From contig JALAGF010003975.1 of assembly GCA_030167865.1 (NCBI GenBank), positions 1 to 43,705 of the forward strand: a stretch of 43,705 nt of DNA, in the 5' to 3' direction. Origin of the DNA: Craspedostauros australis (taxonomy: Eukaryota). How positions within the stretch are numbered: the first letter of the stretch is position 1; every line of letters begins with the position of its first letter. The notes under the pieces are model-generated. The model was not told the DNA's origin and made no database searches. It saw only the letters and a list, made by a program, of their open reading frames with translations. Shown here piece after piece: positions 1-10,681 of this stretch. A program made the translations under genes and the position numbers.

Positions 1-603
1 CACAAGCAACTGCGGACCGTCACAACCGCAAAAGGACCCAACTGCCTGCATTACGCCTTGATTCTAGATGCCGAAGAGCTCGCCATCCGCAAGGGTAGAA
101 GGAAGGTGCGGAGCGTGAAGAACGCTTACGACAAGGCCATCGCAGTTTCCGCCAGGTCATCTTACATCCAAGACGCTGGTCTAACTTGCGAGATGGCTGG
201 TGAGTACTTCGTGCTGCATGGGCAGAAGGAGCTGGCCACGGAGTACCTTTCTAAGTCGGTGCAGTATTTCAAGGCATGGGGTGGCATCTTCAAAATTGAT
301 GATATCAAGCAGCGGAGATCAGAGTACATCAGAGACCTTTCAATGGAGGGTGGTGGCCTCCCAGGCATCCGTTCTCATGGCATCCTTTCTGGTACTGGCG
401 GGGGAGTGTCGCAGCACGCCTCCGAGGGAGCCAAGATCATTCTGGTGTCAACGTACACCCCCGCTACGTCCCATATTGCGCACAGTATGAAGAGCGCCAG
501 CCAATCGGCACCAGGAGAAGCCGATCAAAGCAATAGCCACAGAGTCGAGACAGAGCAGCAGCAGGATATGGATCAGGTTTCTGTGATCACAGATGTAAGT
601 TGA
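1..603 (+). CDS. 3' end of a STAND/AAA_16 ATPase-type protein (C-terminal helical/TPR-like region); 5' part lies outside the window
   Basis: Frame is open from base 1 to TGA at 601-603. The stretch YDKAIAVSARSSYIQDAGLTCEMAGEYF...YLSKSVQYFKAWGGIFKIDDI resembles the 'Y..AI..A...GF..D.AL..E.AG.....A..Y...A...Y..WGA..K' tail of AAA_16/kinase-ATPase proteins. The NTPase domain is not visible here. A GTAAGT at 595-600 leaves a small chance of one more 3' exon. Confidence 0.6.
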   Translation, partial: HKQLRTVTTAKGPNCLHYALILDAEELAIRKGRRKVRSVKNAYDKAIAVSARSSYIQDAGLTCEMAGEYFVLHGQKELATEYLSKSVQYFKAWGGIFKIDDIKQRRSEYIRDLSMEGGGLPGIRSHGILSGTGGGVSQHASEGAKIILVSTYTPATSHIAHSMKSASQSAPGEADQSNSHRVETEQQQDMDQVSVITDVS

Positions 604-897
604 TGGAGAGCAACTAGAGTACATACTATGCATATCATGCCCACCAATCCTCTGCATCACTCAAATCAGCTCGACGCGTGACTACGAGTACGATAGAGGC
701 CGCAAAGACAGTACACCAACCGCGGCAATGTGAGAATGCAAACACTCTACGCATTCGCAACCATCCATAGCACTTCGGATATTAGTGAAGTATGATGTCA
801 GAATGCGAGTCCCTTGTATGTCCTATGTAGTCCATCGTGGGGTGTCCCGTTATCTACGTACATCCGATGATGCCTGAGTGCTGATGGATTCGACGTT

Positions 898-3840
898 TCA
901 CATCTGCAAGATGCAGCCGCGGCCCTCTGCATCGTCGACCAACGCCTTCAGAGTCCTCGAACCCGAATCGCGCAGTGTGTGGCGTGCGTTTCCGATACAG
1001 ATCAGTTGATACTTGGCTCTCGTGATTGCCACGTTGATGCGTCTCGCATCATCCAAGAATCCGGCGCATCTGCGGACGTTCCCAGCAGGAGCGTTGTTGC
1101 TCCGTGTGAAGGACACAAGCACGGTGTCGGCCTCGCAGCCCTGGCTGGAATCGACTGTCGCCACCAGGACGTCGCGGATCCCGTTCTTGTTCAGCTCGCG
1201 CTTGATGAGGCCGACTTGTCCCTGGTAGAATGTGATGATGCGAAGTCTGTTGCTGGAGCACCACACTGCGTGCTTGCCTCTTGACGATGCCGCCGACGCT
1301 GACGATGCCTTTTGGATTTGCTGGACGATTGAGACAACCAGCTTGGCCTCCGTCAGGTTGGAATACGATGCCCCAAAATTCTGCGTTTCTTCCCCGTCGC
1401 ATTGCAGGAACGTGTACGGCCTGCCATCAAATAGCCTGTCTCCCAACGGCGATCTATGCGCCGTACTGTCCACCACATTCGGTCCGTTCATGAGACTTCC
1501 ATGGTAAAATTGACCGGACGGGAATTGGGATATCCCCGGTTTCATGCGGTACTGCACATCGAGCATGATGTGATCCGCATCGCAATCCACCATGAGGCGC
1601 TGGTGCATGCTCTTGGACAATCCCAGTTTGGAAGCATAGTCCGACACCACCAGCGCAGGCAGTTGCATGGGATCCCCGACCGCGAGCATCCGCTTGGGAC
1701 GGAGATGGAACGGTATACACAGCTCTGCCTCCGTGGCAGCTGCTGCTTCATCGATAAGCAAATCATGAACGTGGACTGTTGACTTCATGAGCGAAACTCC
1801 AGCCGTGGACAACGTGCAAAAAATGACCTTGGCGCTTGCCAGCAAGTCGGAAATTGCAGCGGATGGATCGATGCGGCGCAGTGCGGTTTCGATAGTACCA
1901 AATGCGTCCTTCAATTGGCTCATGCGTTGCTGAGGAGACGGATCACAGGCAACGTCGCTGTAGTTCTGCACCAAGGATGCCAGGGTGGCTGTGGCCTTCC
2001 GTAAACCAGACGTCTTGGCTTCGTAGGGTATGCCGCGCGTGATGCGGGTGTGCAGATCGGCAGTCTGCCGGTATGCTTCTTCCCACGTGTCATGCTTCGA
2101 TGCAAGCAGCTTCTTTTTTAGCGCCGCGCAGTCATCCTTCAACGTGTCCATCCAGGAATACACAAAGATTCGCCGCAACCCTGACGATTGCTTTCTGCCG
2201 GCCATTTGCAACTTGTCGGTGGACTTCCCCTTGCCACGTTGCTTTGGAGTCCGCGAACGTGAAGCGCCAGCGCGGTCTTCATCATCATCACCGTCATCCA
2301 CGAGCTTGTCTTCGACTCCGATCAGCACGACAGACACGGGAGCATCGTGCGCCATGCTTTCCAGAAATCGCGATGCCAGAACGGTGATCGCCTTGTTTGT
2401 GGGCGCTGTGACGAGTATCCGTCGGTGGTGGAGGGTGCGGTCATTCTGGCTCTGGTTGTGGATGATCATGTTGGAGAGCGTGGATACCAGGAAGGTGGTC
2501 TTGCCCGTACCTGGAGGACCTTGCACCAACGAGAGGGTGGAATCGGGCGAGTGAATGAAGTTGTTCATCGCTCGTTGCTGCGTCGCATTGAGCGCGGGCA
2601 GCGTGAAGCATTCCTTGAGCTTGCGCTGTTTCGTCAACGCTTTCAATGTCGTTGCTGCCGCTTTGCCATCACTGCTGTCGTCGACATCGCCATCATCGTT
2701 GCTGTCATCGTCTCCATGGCCGCTACCGCCATCTTCGTCGTCGTCTGCACCACTGACCGCGACTTCCCCAACGATCTCCTCTTCGGAATCCGAATAGAAG
2801 CGGGTGTGTGTCGATCTTTTCAAGACTAACAAGTTGGGAAGGAACGCAACGCTGGGTGCCTTGATGCAGGCTTCGAACTGCCGCACGTGGGATATCAACG
2901 TGACGACGTGCTCCATTCTCCATTCGTTCTCATGCTCCAGTTGCAGCACTGCGTCGGAGAACGAGTCGGTTGGAAAGATCATCAGTCGCACCTGATCGAT
3001 GCTTCCGTTTCCGGCAGACCCTCCGTTGGTTCCGACAGTATCCACGTCGCGTCCTCCTCGGAAATGCGGCACCACGCAAGACAGCAACGTGGTTTGGCAC
3101 TTTCGGATCTTTCCAGAACCCGCAACTGAGTCCGTCGCTGAAGTGGACGGAATGTGAATGAGGTAGATGGATCCCGGCCTCATCTCGTACACATTCTGCG
3201 GCGCGAAGCATCCATCCCGCAGACGCGAGGCATCGAACGTGAGGATCACGTTGGTCGTCTTCCTGCCTTCTTGTGCATCCACCAGCTTGACAGGGATCCC
3301 AGCAGCGACGCTGCTCTTCTTGCGACTGCTCTGCGATGACAGGCGCTGCAAGGCATCCGACAGCACCGCGCGTGCTTCCTCCAGCACCAGCGATGCTCGC
3401 GTGCGATAGAAGTCGTAGGCCGTCTGATTGGACGATGGGATCGCCGTCGGTAATCCTACCTTAGCCCGACCGCAGATCTGCGCGAGGATGTAGTCGCGGT
3501 CTTCCACGGATCGGTTGGAGCTCACAAAGTCCTCTATCGTGCACAAACACAGGCTGCCCAGGAATCGTTCGGATGGTTTCAACGAGCTCGGCAGGGCCAG
3601 CTGAAACGATTGGGGTTTGGGTCGTTTCCATCGTTGCCGGCCGTTCTCATGGTTGTTGTTCCTCTTGTTATTGCTCTTGTTGTTGCTGTTGCTCTTGTAG
3701 TTGTTGTGGTAAGCACTGAAGGACGGTGGCCGCTTCGGCTTGCGTGCCTGACGACGGGCACGTTCGGCGCCTCCGATGAACTTCTTCTTTGCGCCATCGC
3801 TGTTGCCACCGCTGTTGCTGCCTGCACTGAAATTGAACAT
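898..3840 (-). CDS. Superfamily-1 helicase, UPF1/SEN1/NAM7-like (AAA_11 + AAA_12), 980 aa, intronless
   Basis: Q-motif LNATQQRA, Walker A GPPGTGKT, Ia TAPTNKAI, Walker B LLIDEAA, III VGDPMQLP, LDVQYRM, V TVDSSQGCEAD, VI RINVAITRAK. Basic NLS-like N-terminus. Confidence 0.92.
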   Translation of the reverse strand: MFNFSAGSNSGGNSDGAKKKFIGGAERARRQARKPKRPPSFSAYHNNYKSNSNNKSNNKRNNNHENGRQRWKRPKPQSFQLALPSSLKPSERFLGSLCLCTIEDFVSSNRSVEDRDYILAQICGRAKVGLPTAIPSSNQTAYDFYRTRASLVLEEARAVLSDALQRLSSQSSRKKSSVAAGIPVKLVDAQEGRKTTNVILTFDASRLRDGCFAPQNVYEMRPGSIYLIHIPSTSATDSVAGSGKIRKCQTTLLSCVVPHFRGGRDVDTVGTNGGSAGNGSIDQVRLMIFPTDSFSDAVLQLEHENEWRMEHVVTLISHVRQFEACIKAPSVAFLPNLLVLKRSTHTRFYSDSEEEIVGEVAVSGADDDEDGGSGHGDDDSNDDGDVDDSSDGKAAATTLKALTKQRKLKECFTLPALNATQQRAMNNFIHSPDSTLSLVQGPPGTGKTTFLVSTLSNMIIHNQSQNDRTLHHRRILVTAPTNKAITVLASRFLESMAHDAPVSVVLIGVEDKLVDDGDDDEDRAGASRSRTPKQRGKGKSTDKLQMAGRKQSSGLRRIFVYSWMDTLKDDCAALKKKLLASKHDTWEEAYRQTADLHTRITRGIPYEAKTSGLRKATATLASLVQNYSDVACDPSPQQRMSQLKDAFGTIETALRRIDPSAAISDLLASAKVIFCTLSTAGVSLMKSTVHVHDLLIDEAAAATEAELCIPFHLRPKRMLAVGDPMQLPALVVSDYASKLGLSKSMHQRLMVDCDADHIMLDVQYRMKPGISQFPSGQFYHGSLMNGPNVVDSTAHRSPLGDRLFDGRPYTFLQCDGEETQNFGASYSNLTEAKLVVSIVQQIQKASSASAASSRGKHAVWCSSNRLRIITFYQGQVGLIKRELNKNGIRDVLVATVDSSQGCEADTVLVSFTRSNNAPAGNVRRCAGFLDDARRINVAITRAKYQLICIGNARHTLRDSGSRTLKALVDDAEGRGCILQM

Positions 3841-4380
3841 ATCATTCGCTTCCTAATCATTCATGTGCTTGAAGAAGTTGATTGGAGAAGCGATGGGTGT
3901 GTGGATTGGTTTGCTTGTTGGTGGCATTACTTGGTGGATCCAACAGCAGAGAGAGTGAATGAATGAACGAAGAGGAGAAGCGGAAGAAATTCCTCGTTGT
4001 TGTTTGCTCCACTCGCTTTGGCGCCAAAATTCGTTGGTGAAGAGGAACATGGGAAACGTGAATGGTCGCATTAGTCGATCTTGATGTGCTTGTGAATCAT
4101 GGATAACTCATGACACAGATGACATCAAAATGAATGATGTGATTCGTCCACGCTGATGATCTGCTGCGACCATCGCAACCAAATCGTACCTGTTACTGCC
4201 GCCGATGTTGCTTGGGAGCGATCGACACAACATAACACTCATCTTGCACACTGAGCGATTGCAACTGGATTAGGATCTGCTCATACTTCGGGCATCCAAG
4301 ACTTGGCATACCGGATCTCTTGCTCGTGCATTGAGTACGTCGAGTATACTCGCATGTGATACCTTCCGCACTGTTGGACG

Positions 4381-5914
4381 ATGGAAACGCCAGCCTCTTC
4401 GTTCGCGTTATTGAGCCCACACGAAGGATCAACACAGCAGCAACAGTCAAACAGCATGCGCAGGAGCGGCGCCGCCGACGATCAAAATCCACTTCTCAAG
4501 GTCTCAAGCCGTTCATTCTACGATGAATACAATGGCCACAAGGTGGAGCATCTGGAGCCTCTGCTGGAAGCGTTTCGCAGAGCGCAGCAGGAACAACGGA
4601 AGGATGATGGGGAGAATGATGCCTGCGAGCAATCTGGCATCATCTGGACCGCAGGCGATTCCAGCTTGGACAACAAGTATTGGTTCAACTCGTTTCGCAC
4701 CGCAGTGCAAGGTCCATACCGAGACGTGCTGCAACCACCGAAATCCAATGCAGATGTGACGTACTGGTTGAATCGGTTGCTGTACGAACGGCGGCAGCAG
4801 GATGAGGGCTCCACCCAGGCAACGCCGTCGATCTCTTCTCAACTTCAAATTGGTCATCGGTTCTTGGGTGCCATGAACACAGCAGGTGAGGGTTTGTGGT
4901 GCGATGCACAGTGCCATGCGTAGTGCAAAGCGCGCTGGATGCGGTTCGATGCAAGAGTCGCACACTAAAAGTACTGCTTGTGTCGTTGGATTCTTCGAAG
5001 GAGTTTCAGCGTAACTCACGCACGCATGACGGATCGTTGTCGTTTCCATCTACTCTTCTATACTCTCGTCTCCTTTCATACAATTCGATGCAACACGCAC
5101 GCACGCAAACACGATATGACAAAACTTGATGCTTGCAGTGGAAGCAACGACACTGAATGAAAGAACCTTCCGGCTGCGACCGCAGGACGAATTCCTCCGA
5201 GACAACATCCAACCTGACGACGTATTGATCGTTTCCATCGGTGGGAATGATGTGGCTCTGGCGCCGCTGCCATGCACGATTGCTTCCATCCTGGGGTTGA
5301 TCTGCTGCCTTCCGACATGTTGCATGGAACATGGTGGGCCGTGCTGTCCGAAGCTTCCAGCATCGATACCGATCGACGACCGATGTTACGGATGCGGGCC
5401 TTCCCTCTGTTCCTGCTGCTGCGCCATGCCACCGTGCTTTGGGTACTTGCATCACCTGTTCCACGTTCGTGTTGAGCACTACATCAAGCAGCTGACCTCA
5501 AAGACGAAACCGAAGCAGGTGCTGGTCTGCATGATCTACTACCCCGACGAGAACGTGCATTCACCAAGCTGGGCAAGTGCAGCGCTGTCTGCGTTGGGAT
5601 ACAACTCGAATCCTCAGAAGCTGCAGGTGCTCATCCAGAAGGCATTCCAGGACGCAACCTCCACGATCCAAGTTCCAGGCACCGTCGTGACGCCCGTTCC
5701 CTTGTTCATGGTGTTGGACGGCAAGACACCGGGGGATTACGTGGCGAGGGTGGAACCGTCGCCGCAGGGAGGACGCAAGATGGCGGAATATCTGTTGCAG
5801 CACATCGCCACGCAGCTGAAGTATGATTCGCAACAGCAAGGTATCGCCCATGCCGCGTCGCCACTGTCGGGAGGAGCAGGCGCACCGAGCAAGTCGTATA
5901 TGACCGACCGATGA
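4381..5914 (+). CDS. SGNH/GDSL-hydrolase-like protein, about 426 aa, 2 exons
   Basis: Exons 4381-4885 and 5139-5914. The intron GTGAGG...TTGCAG joins in frame to give NTA-V-EATTLNER. Block I WTAGDSSLDN, block III SIGGNDV, block V-like DYVARVEPSPQGG. Confidence 0.7.
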
Positions 5915-7546
5915 TCGGAGGTCCCATTGTGGATGGTGCGGTGTTCTTATCATGCCTCCACATGATGTGATGGATAGATGACCTCATGCATTACTTGGCT
6001 GTTCTGTCATTTGTTCTGATTTGATCCTGCAGTATCTCCTTGATGAGCACTTGTACATGCTACTACGAGTAGTCTCTGTTGCAAATGATACGAGCTACTC
6101 GCATCGATCATTCGTGAGCACGCAAGGTCCCTCCACATGTACAGATGCTGCGACTATTATGCGTACATATGATAGAACAGGACAGAACAGAGCAGAACAA
6201 TCGCGTTCCCCAACCGTGGCGGTTGCTCCATGATACTCGCCATGACATGTTTGGCCGAGTTCTTTCTCTCGCTCTAACTCTCTCGCTCGCTCTCTTCCTC
6301 TCGCAAAGAATGATGTTGCTGTCAAGGCAGCAGCTTGCGCATTGGCATCTGTTGATGTCTGGGATTTTGGGGCTCTGCACTCGCTGTGCTTGTGCAGTCT
6401 TGTCGTCTCAAACTCGAACACGTTTGGGTTTGGCACGAAACATGTGTCCTGAGTTTCTGCGCACGAGTTGTCTTGTGTGTTTGGAAAAGATACCTCGACA
6501 CGTCAGCCTTGATGGATGTTCTTCGGACTTCTTTATACTTACTACGGTACGCGATTGGTTACACGAGATATCGAAAAGTTAATTGCAAAAACCGATCGCT
6601 GAGGAGGGACCGCAGAGTGACTTGAATTGTTGGGCACGAGCTTCCACGATGCGCCAACGAACAAATGACACAACAAGGGGTGTTCGTGTGTCCATCACAC
6701 GTGGGTTGTGGTGACACAGTGAGAAACAGAACCCTCTCTTCGCAACAACAAAAACTGCTCAGGCGAACACGCACTGCGCGCCTCTGCACCGTACTGCTCG
6801 TACGTACGGTGTGATGGATAGTTGATGAGTGTTCCCAACGCAGCCATCAAAGAAGGTGTCAAGGAAGGGGAGCCGAACAGAATCGAACCGAACGTGAGAT
6901 GTGCGTACGCACCAAACCGTGAGCGAACTGCTGGTTGCCTGTTGATGACCAACACACGAGAACATCGAGAAAATCGAGAAGCACGGCGAAATCCACGACA
7001 CCCAAGATCATACATCAACGCAGAACAAAACAGAGCAGAGCAGAGCAAAACAACGACACCACATGACGCCGCTCCACAACGAGAGGCAGAGAGTGGAGAC
7101 AACTCGACAGCAAGCAGCAGCAAACAGAACACCACAACCGAAAACGGAAGCACGCACTCCGCCTCGCATAAAAAATACAAACTCCCTCAATTTAAACCTC
7201 GTCATTCCACAGTCGACATTCCACAACGCCTCACAAAACTCAGGCGGCCGACGCAACAGCGAAGCCAACGTCAGAGCCACTGACCACCCGTCACTCCACA
7301 CTCATCTCTCTTGCGTCTTCTTTCTCCACAAGCAGCCAACCCAAGACAACGCCTTGCTCCAATCTCGTTCTGAGCAGAGGGCAGAGTGCCGATACTTGGC
7401 TCGTATAATACATTGTCTAACAGAAACAGAAGCCTTCAAAGGTCATCACTGACCCCCATCAAGGAATTTATCACTTGACACCGCTGACATCAGCCCCAAC
7501 AACGCCACTCTCAGCACAACTCCCAGCACAACTCTCAGCAACACCT

Positions 7547-8839
7547 ATGAAGATGCAGCGACATCAGCAACGACGACGACAGCCATTGCACAAGCAGGCA
7601 TCCACTGCATCCACATCCGCAACAACCAGATTGGCACTCACTCTGCCCGCCTCGTGGCTTATCGTCGCGGCCATAGCCACCACTGTCACATTGCTACTGC
7701 CCGGCCAATCCCATGCCTTTCCACTTTCATCACACGCTGCGCCAACACGCCAATCTGGCCTCCGCCACCAGCCTCTGCGCGCCCTGCCAGACGGCATCTT
7801 TGGTGATGACAACATCAACAATGGCAACAACAACAACAATGGCAATAACAATGGCAACAATATAGAGGAATTGGACCAGCTGCGGCAGCAATTGGAATCG
7901 CTGCTCATCAACAGTGCCAAGAGGGACATGGGCACGGCAGAAGCGCTTGACAACAACCGCCATCATCAACACGAGCAACATCACCATCATGAGGACGCTA
8001 ACTCGAGGGGGGCAGCATCCACCACCGCAACCACCACTCTGCCAACGCCCAATTCTTCGAAGAAGGCATCCAACTCCTTCCTCTCCTTGGTACCACCCAG
8101 GGACGATCCTTACGTTTCCGACGTGGGACGCGTGTCTGCGCCGACGCTCGATGACGTCCAACTGCCGCCCTACCCAGCAAACCTCCCATTCACCACCAAG
8201 CGAAAGCTCGTGAGGGAGCAGGAGATGCAGTACCTTCTGGACTTGCAGCACTCGGACGGCCTCGCCCTGTCCCAGCTGCAGACGCTTTGGAATCAGGAGC
8301 GCGGCACCGACGCCGAAATTGAATTGATGGACGTCGATGACATGCTCCGATCGGCCAACGGCGCGGACTCCGCTGTCTTGGAGCGGGCCAAATCCAAGCT
8401 CCTTGCGCTTGTGCAGGAGCATGGCATCTACTTCGCCGAGCCCATCTACAGGCTGGCATCCATCGCCACCATGGAGGAGGCATGGGAACGCGCCACCGAG
8501 TATTACAAGATCGTCCTGGCTGTCAAGCCATGGCATCACCACGCCCTATCCGGCATAGTCAACGCGTACGCGCACCAGGACAGGGCCACCGACGCGCAGC
8601 AATGGGCATCGCAACGACTTCCCAAGATGCTGCTATCCGTGGATCAGCCACCGCGCGCAACCCGACGCCGCAAGGAATGGATCCAGCGCATGGTCACCTT
8701 GGCCAAGCAGCGCTACGATCTCCACGAGCAACAATCCATGATGGCCATGTTCGGTCCCGCGGATGACACATGGAAGCAACACATCGAGGAACGCACCAAC
8801 CCCCATGGCCTGCGACACGATTCGCCCTCTTGGCAATGA
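7547..8839 (+). CDS. TPR-repeat-like protein with probable bipartite plastid presequence, about 430 aa
   Basis: Long ORF with first ATG at 7547. Hydrophobic segment LIVAAIATTVTLLLPGQSHA followed by FPLSS (ASAF-like). TPR-like helices FAEPIYRLASIATMEEAWERATEYYKIVLAVKPWHHHALSGIVNAY. Start codon uncertain. Confidence 0.65.
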   Translation: MKMQRHQQRRRQPLHKQASTASTSATTRLALTLPASWLIVAAIATTVTLLLPGQSHAFPLSSHAAPTRQSGLRHQPLRALPDGIFGDDNINNGNNNNNGNNNGNNIEELDQLRQQLESLLINSAKRDMGTAEALDNNRHHQHEQHHHHEDANSRGAASTTATTTLPTPNSSKKASNSFLSLVPPRDDPYVSDVGRVSAPTLDDVQLPPYPANLPFTTKRKLVREQEMQYLLDLQHSDGLALSQLQTLWNQERGTDAEIELMDVDDMLRSANGADSAVLERAKSKLLALVQEHGIYFAEPIYRLASIATMEEAWERATEYYKIVLAVKPWHHHALSGIVNAYAHQDRATDAQQWASQRLPKMLLSVDQPPRATRRRKEWIQRMVTLAKQRYDLHEQQSMMAMFGPADDTWKQHIEERTNPHGLRHDSPSWQ

Positions 8840-9367
8840 GACGGACTTCACGCAATACATACAATGAATACCATAGAGACACACACACACATGACGAATG
8901 CAATAACCTCACTCTACATAGATAAATTAGTACTCTGTGTTAGAACTCATTGTTTAGATGCAGTCATGGTGTTGGGCTCGAAGGCGAACGCAAGAGGAGG
9001 CTATCCGCAAGTGCCCAGAGGTGGAGCAGTGGGTGTCTCTGGTTTGGCATGAAGAAATATGGATGCCATCGATCCATGTCTGTTTGCCTTTGATGCCATT
9101 CTTCGGATGCGATAGGCATGCCGTGTGCATTGTCACAACCACGATCGTGTTCTATGTGAAATTGTGGGCAAGTTCGACAATCGAGTCAAGTTAGTCGTAA
9201 CTACTCGTTGCGATGCAGTCCGCAAACATCCAAACCACAAATCACAAATCACAGAAGATCCCAAACAACACAAATCACACCACAAATCACACCACAATTC
9301 GCCACTTCGAGCAACATCACAACAAGACGAAACTGGAGGAGAGTACTCCGATCCCTTGGTAGAGAGC

Positions 9368-10255
9368 ATGTCCAGATCATCAGCATTGTCGTCCACCCGA
9401 CGATGGATCCGCTCCATCTTTGCAGTGCTCGCAGTGTCATTCCTGTTTCCGCGCCTCAGTTGCTTTGCCGCCAGAAACGACCACACCGAAGGCCGATACA
9501 GCTTCTCGCTGACGACGTTCGATCCCGACGGCAAGCTGGGACAGGTGCAGCGCGCCAACGTGGCTGCCAATCTCGGTGTGCCCGTCGTCATCGCGTACCA
9601 TGAAGCCAGCGGCGAGCTTCTGATGGCGTCCCCGCAGTTCCTGCCATCGCCGTTTGCCATCGACGACGGCACGGCGCGGTTTGCCGCCATCACGCCCACC
9701 ATCCTGATGGCGCATTCGGGCATCGCGGCTGACGGACGCGTTCTGGTGGCCGCCGCGCAACGTTTGGCCGTCGAACATGCATACACCTTCCAGGAGCCCG
9801 TGCCGATGGAGCTTCTGCTGCAGCAGATGTCCTTGCTGATGCAGGAGTACACCATGAAACCGGCATCGCGACCATTCGGCTCCACCTTGGTTGTCGCAGA
9901 AGTGCCTGCCGAGGAGACTGGAGACGGTGATCTTCTCAGCGTCTATTGCATCGATCCATCAGGCGCTGTGACGCGACAGAGCGATGGTGTCAGCGTCGTG
10001 CATGGCAACAACATCGTGACGCACGCTGCGGTGGAGGAATTGAAGACAGCCTTGCAAGATAGTGCCGATGTCGCGACTTTGCGTGAGCCCGTACGCATGA
10101 TCCTGTCGCAAGCCGTGCAGAAGTATGCGGCAACACAGCAGCAGTCTGAATCCACGCAGTCCGATTGGAACATGTACTCCAGCAGCCAGATTGTGATGGC
10201 GACGCTACAACCTTCACGGGGGCTGATTATCGAACGATTGCCGACTTCGACATGA
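9368..10255 (+). CDS. Divergent 20S proteasome subunit alpha type-2-like protein with N-terminal signal peptide, about 295 aa
   Basis: Alpha-subunit N-terminal signature RYSFSLTTFDPDGKLGQV, plus HSGIAADGRVLV, MQEYTMKPASRPFGSTL and IDPSGA, which match alpha-2 motifs. ATG 9368 is followed by hydrophobic IFAVLAVSFLF. The upstream part of the 9125 ORF is CA-rich leader sequence. Confidence 0.82.
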   Translation: MSRSSALSSTRRWIRSIFAVLAVSFLFPRLSCFAARNDHTEGRYSFSLTTFDPDGKLGQVQRANVAANLGVPVVIAYHEASGELLMASPQFLPSPFAIDDGTARFAAITPTILMAHSGIAADGRVLVAAAQRLAVEHAYTFQEPVPMELLLQQMSLLMQEYTMKPASRPFGSTLVVAEVPAEETGDGDLLSVYCIDPSGAVTRQSDGVSVVHGNNIVTHAAVEELKTALQDSADVATLREPVRMILSQAVQKYAATQQQSESTQSDWNMYSSSQIVMATLQPSRGLIIERLPTST

Positions 10256-10681
10256 TCCACGATGGGAGAAGTGCGGCTGGATGGATGGATATTCTGGGAT
10301 ATTGCGGGGCAGTACTGACGAATACATGATAAGGCACTCGGCGCTTCCAGCAAAGAGTATCTGGAGTCTCTAGAGAGAGTAGTGAGGTTTGGTCCATGGC
10401 TTTTGATGCCCCATTCGTCATCCTCGTGCTTGCAATGGTCTGCATCTGTAACTCTCTAACTTCTTGACGCATAGCCTTCTGCCCATAGTTGAACAACCGG
10501 AATTCGATGACGCACAGACGAACGAACACAAATGATGTTCATGATGGTTTCAACTCACCCTCGTCTGACGCGTTTGTGATCAAAGGCATCAACAGAACCG
10601 CCACAATCATCATCGCCGTCATCCCCACCCATCAAGTCTGTCAAAGTCAGTCAACAATCAATCAAGGCAGAGCAACGGATC

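Noticed and set aside
6822..7452. 153-aa and 129-aa ORFs upstream of the TPR gene
   Set aside because: Same CA-rich leader composition, with no motifs or codon bias.
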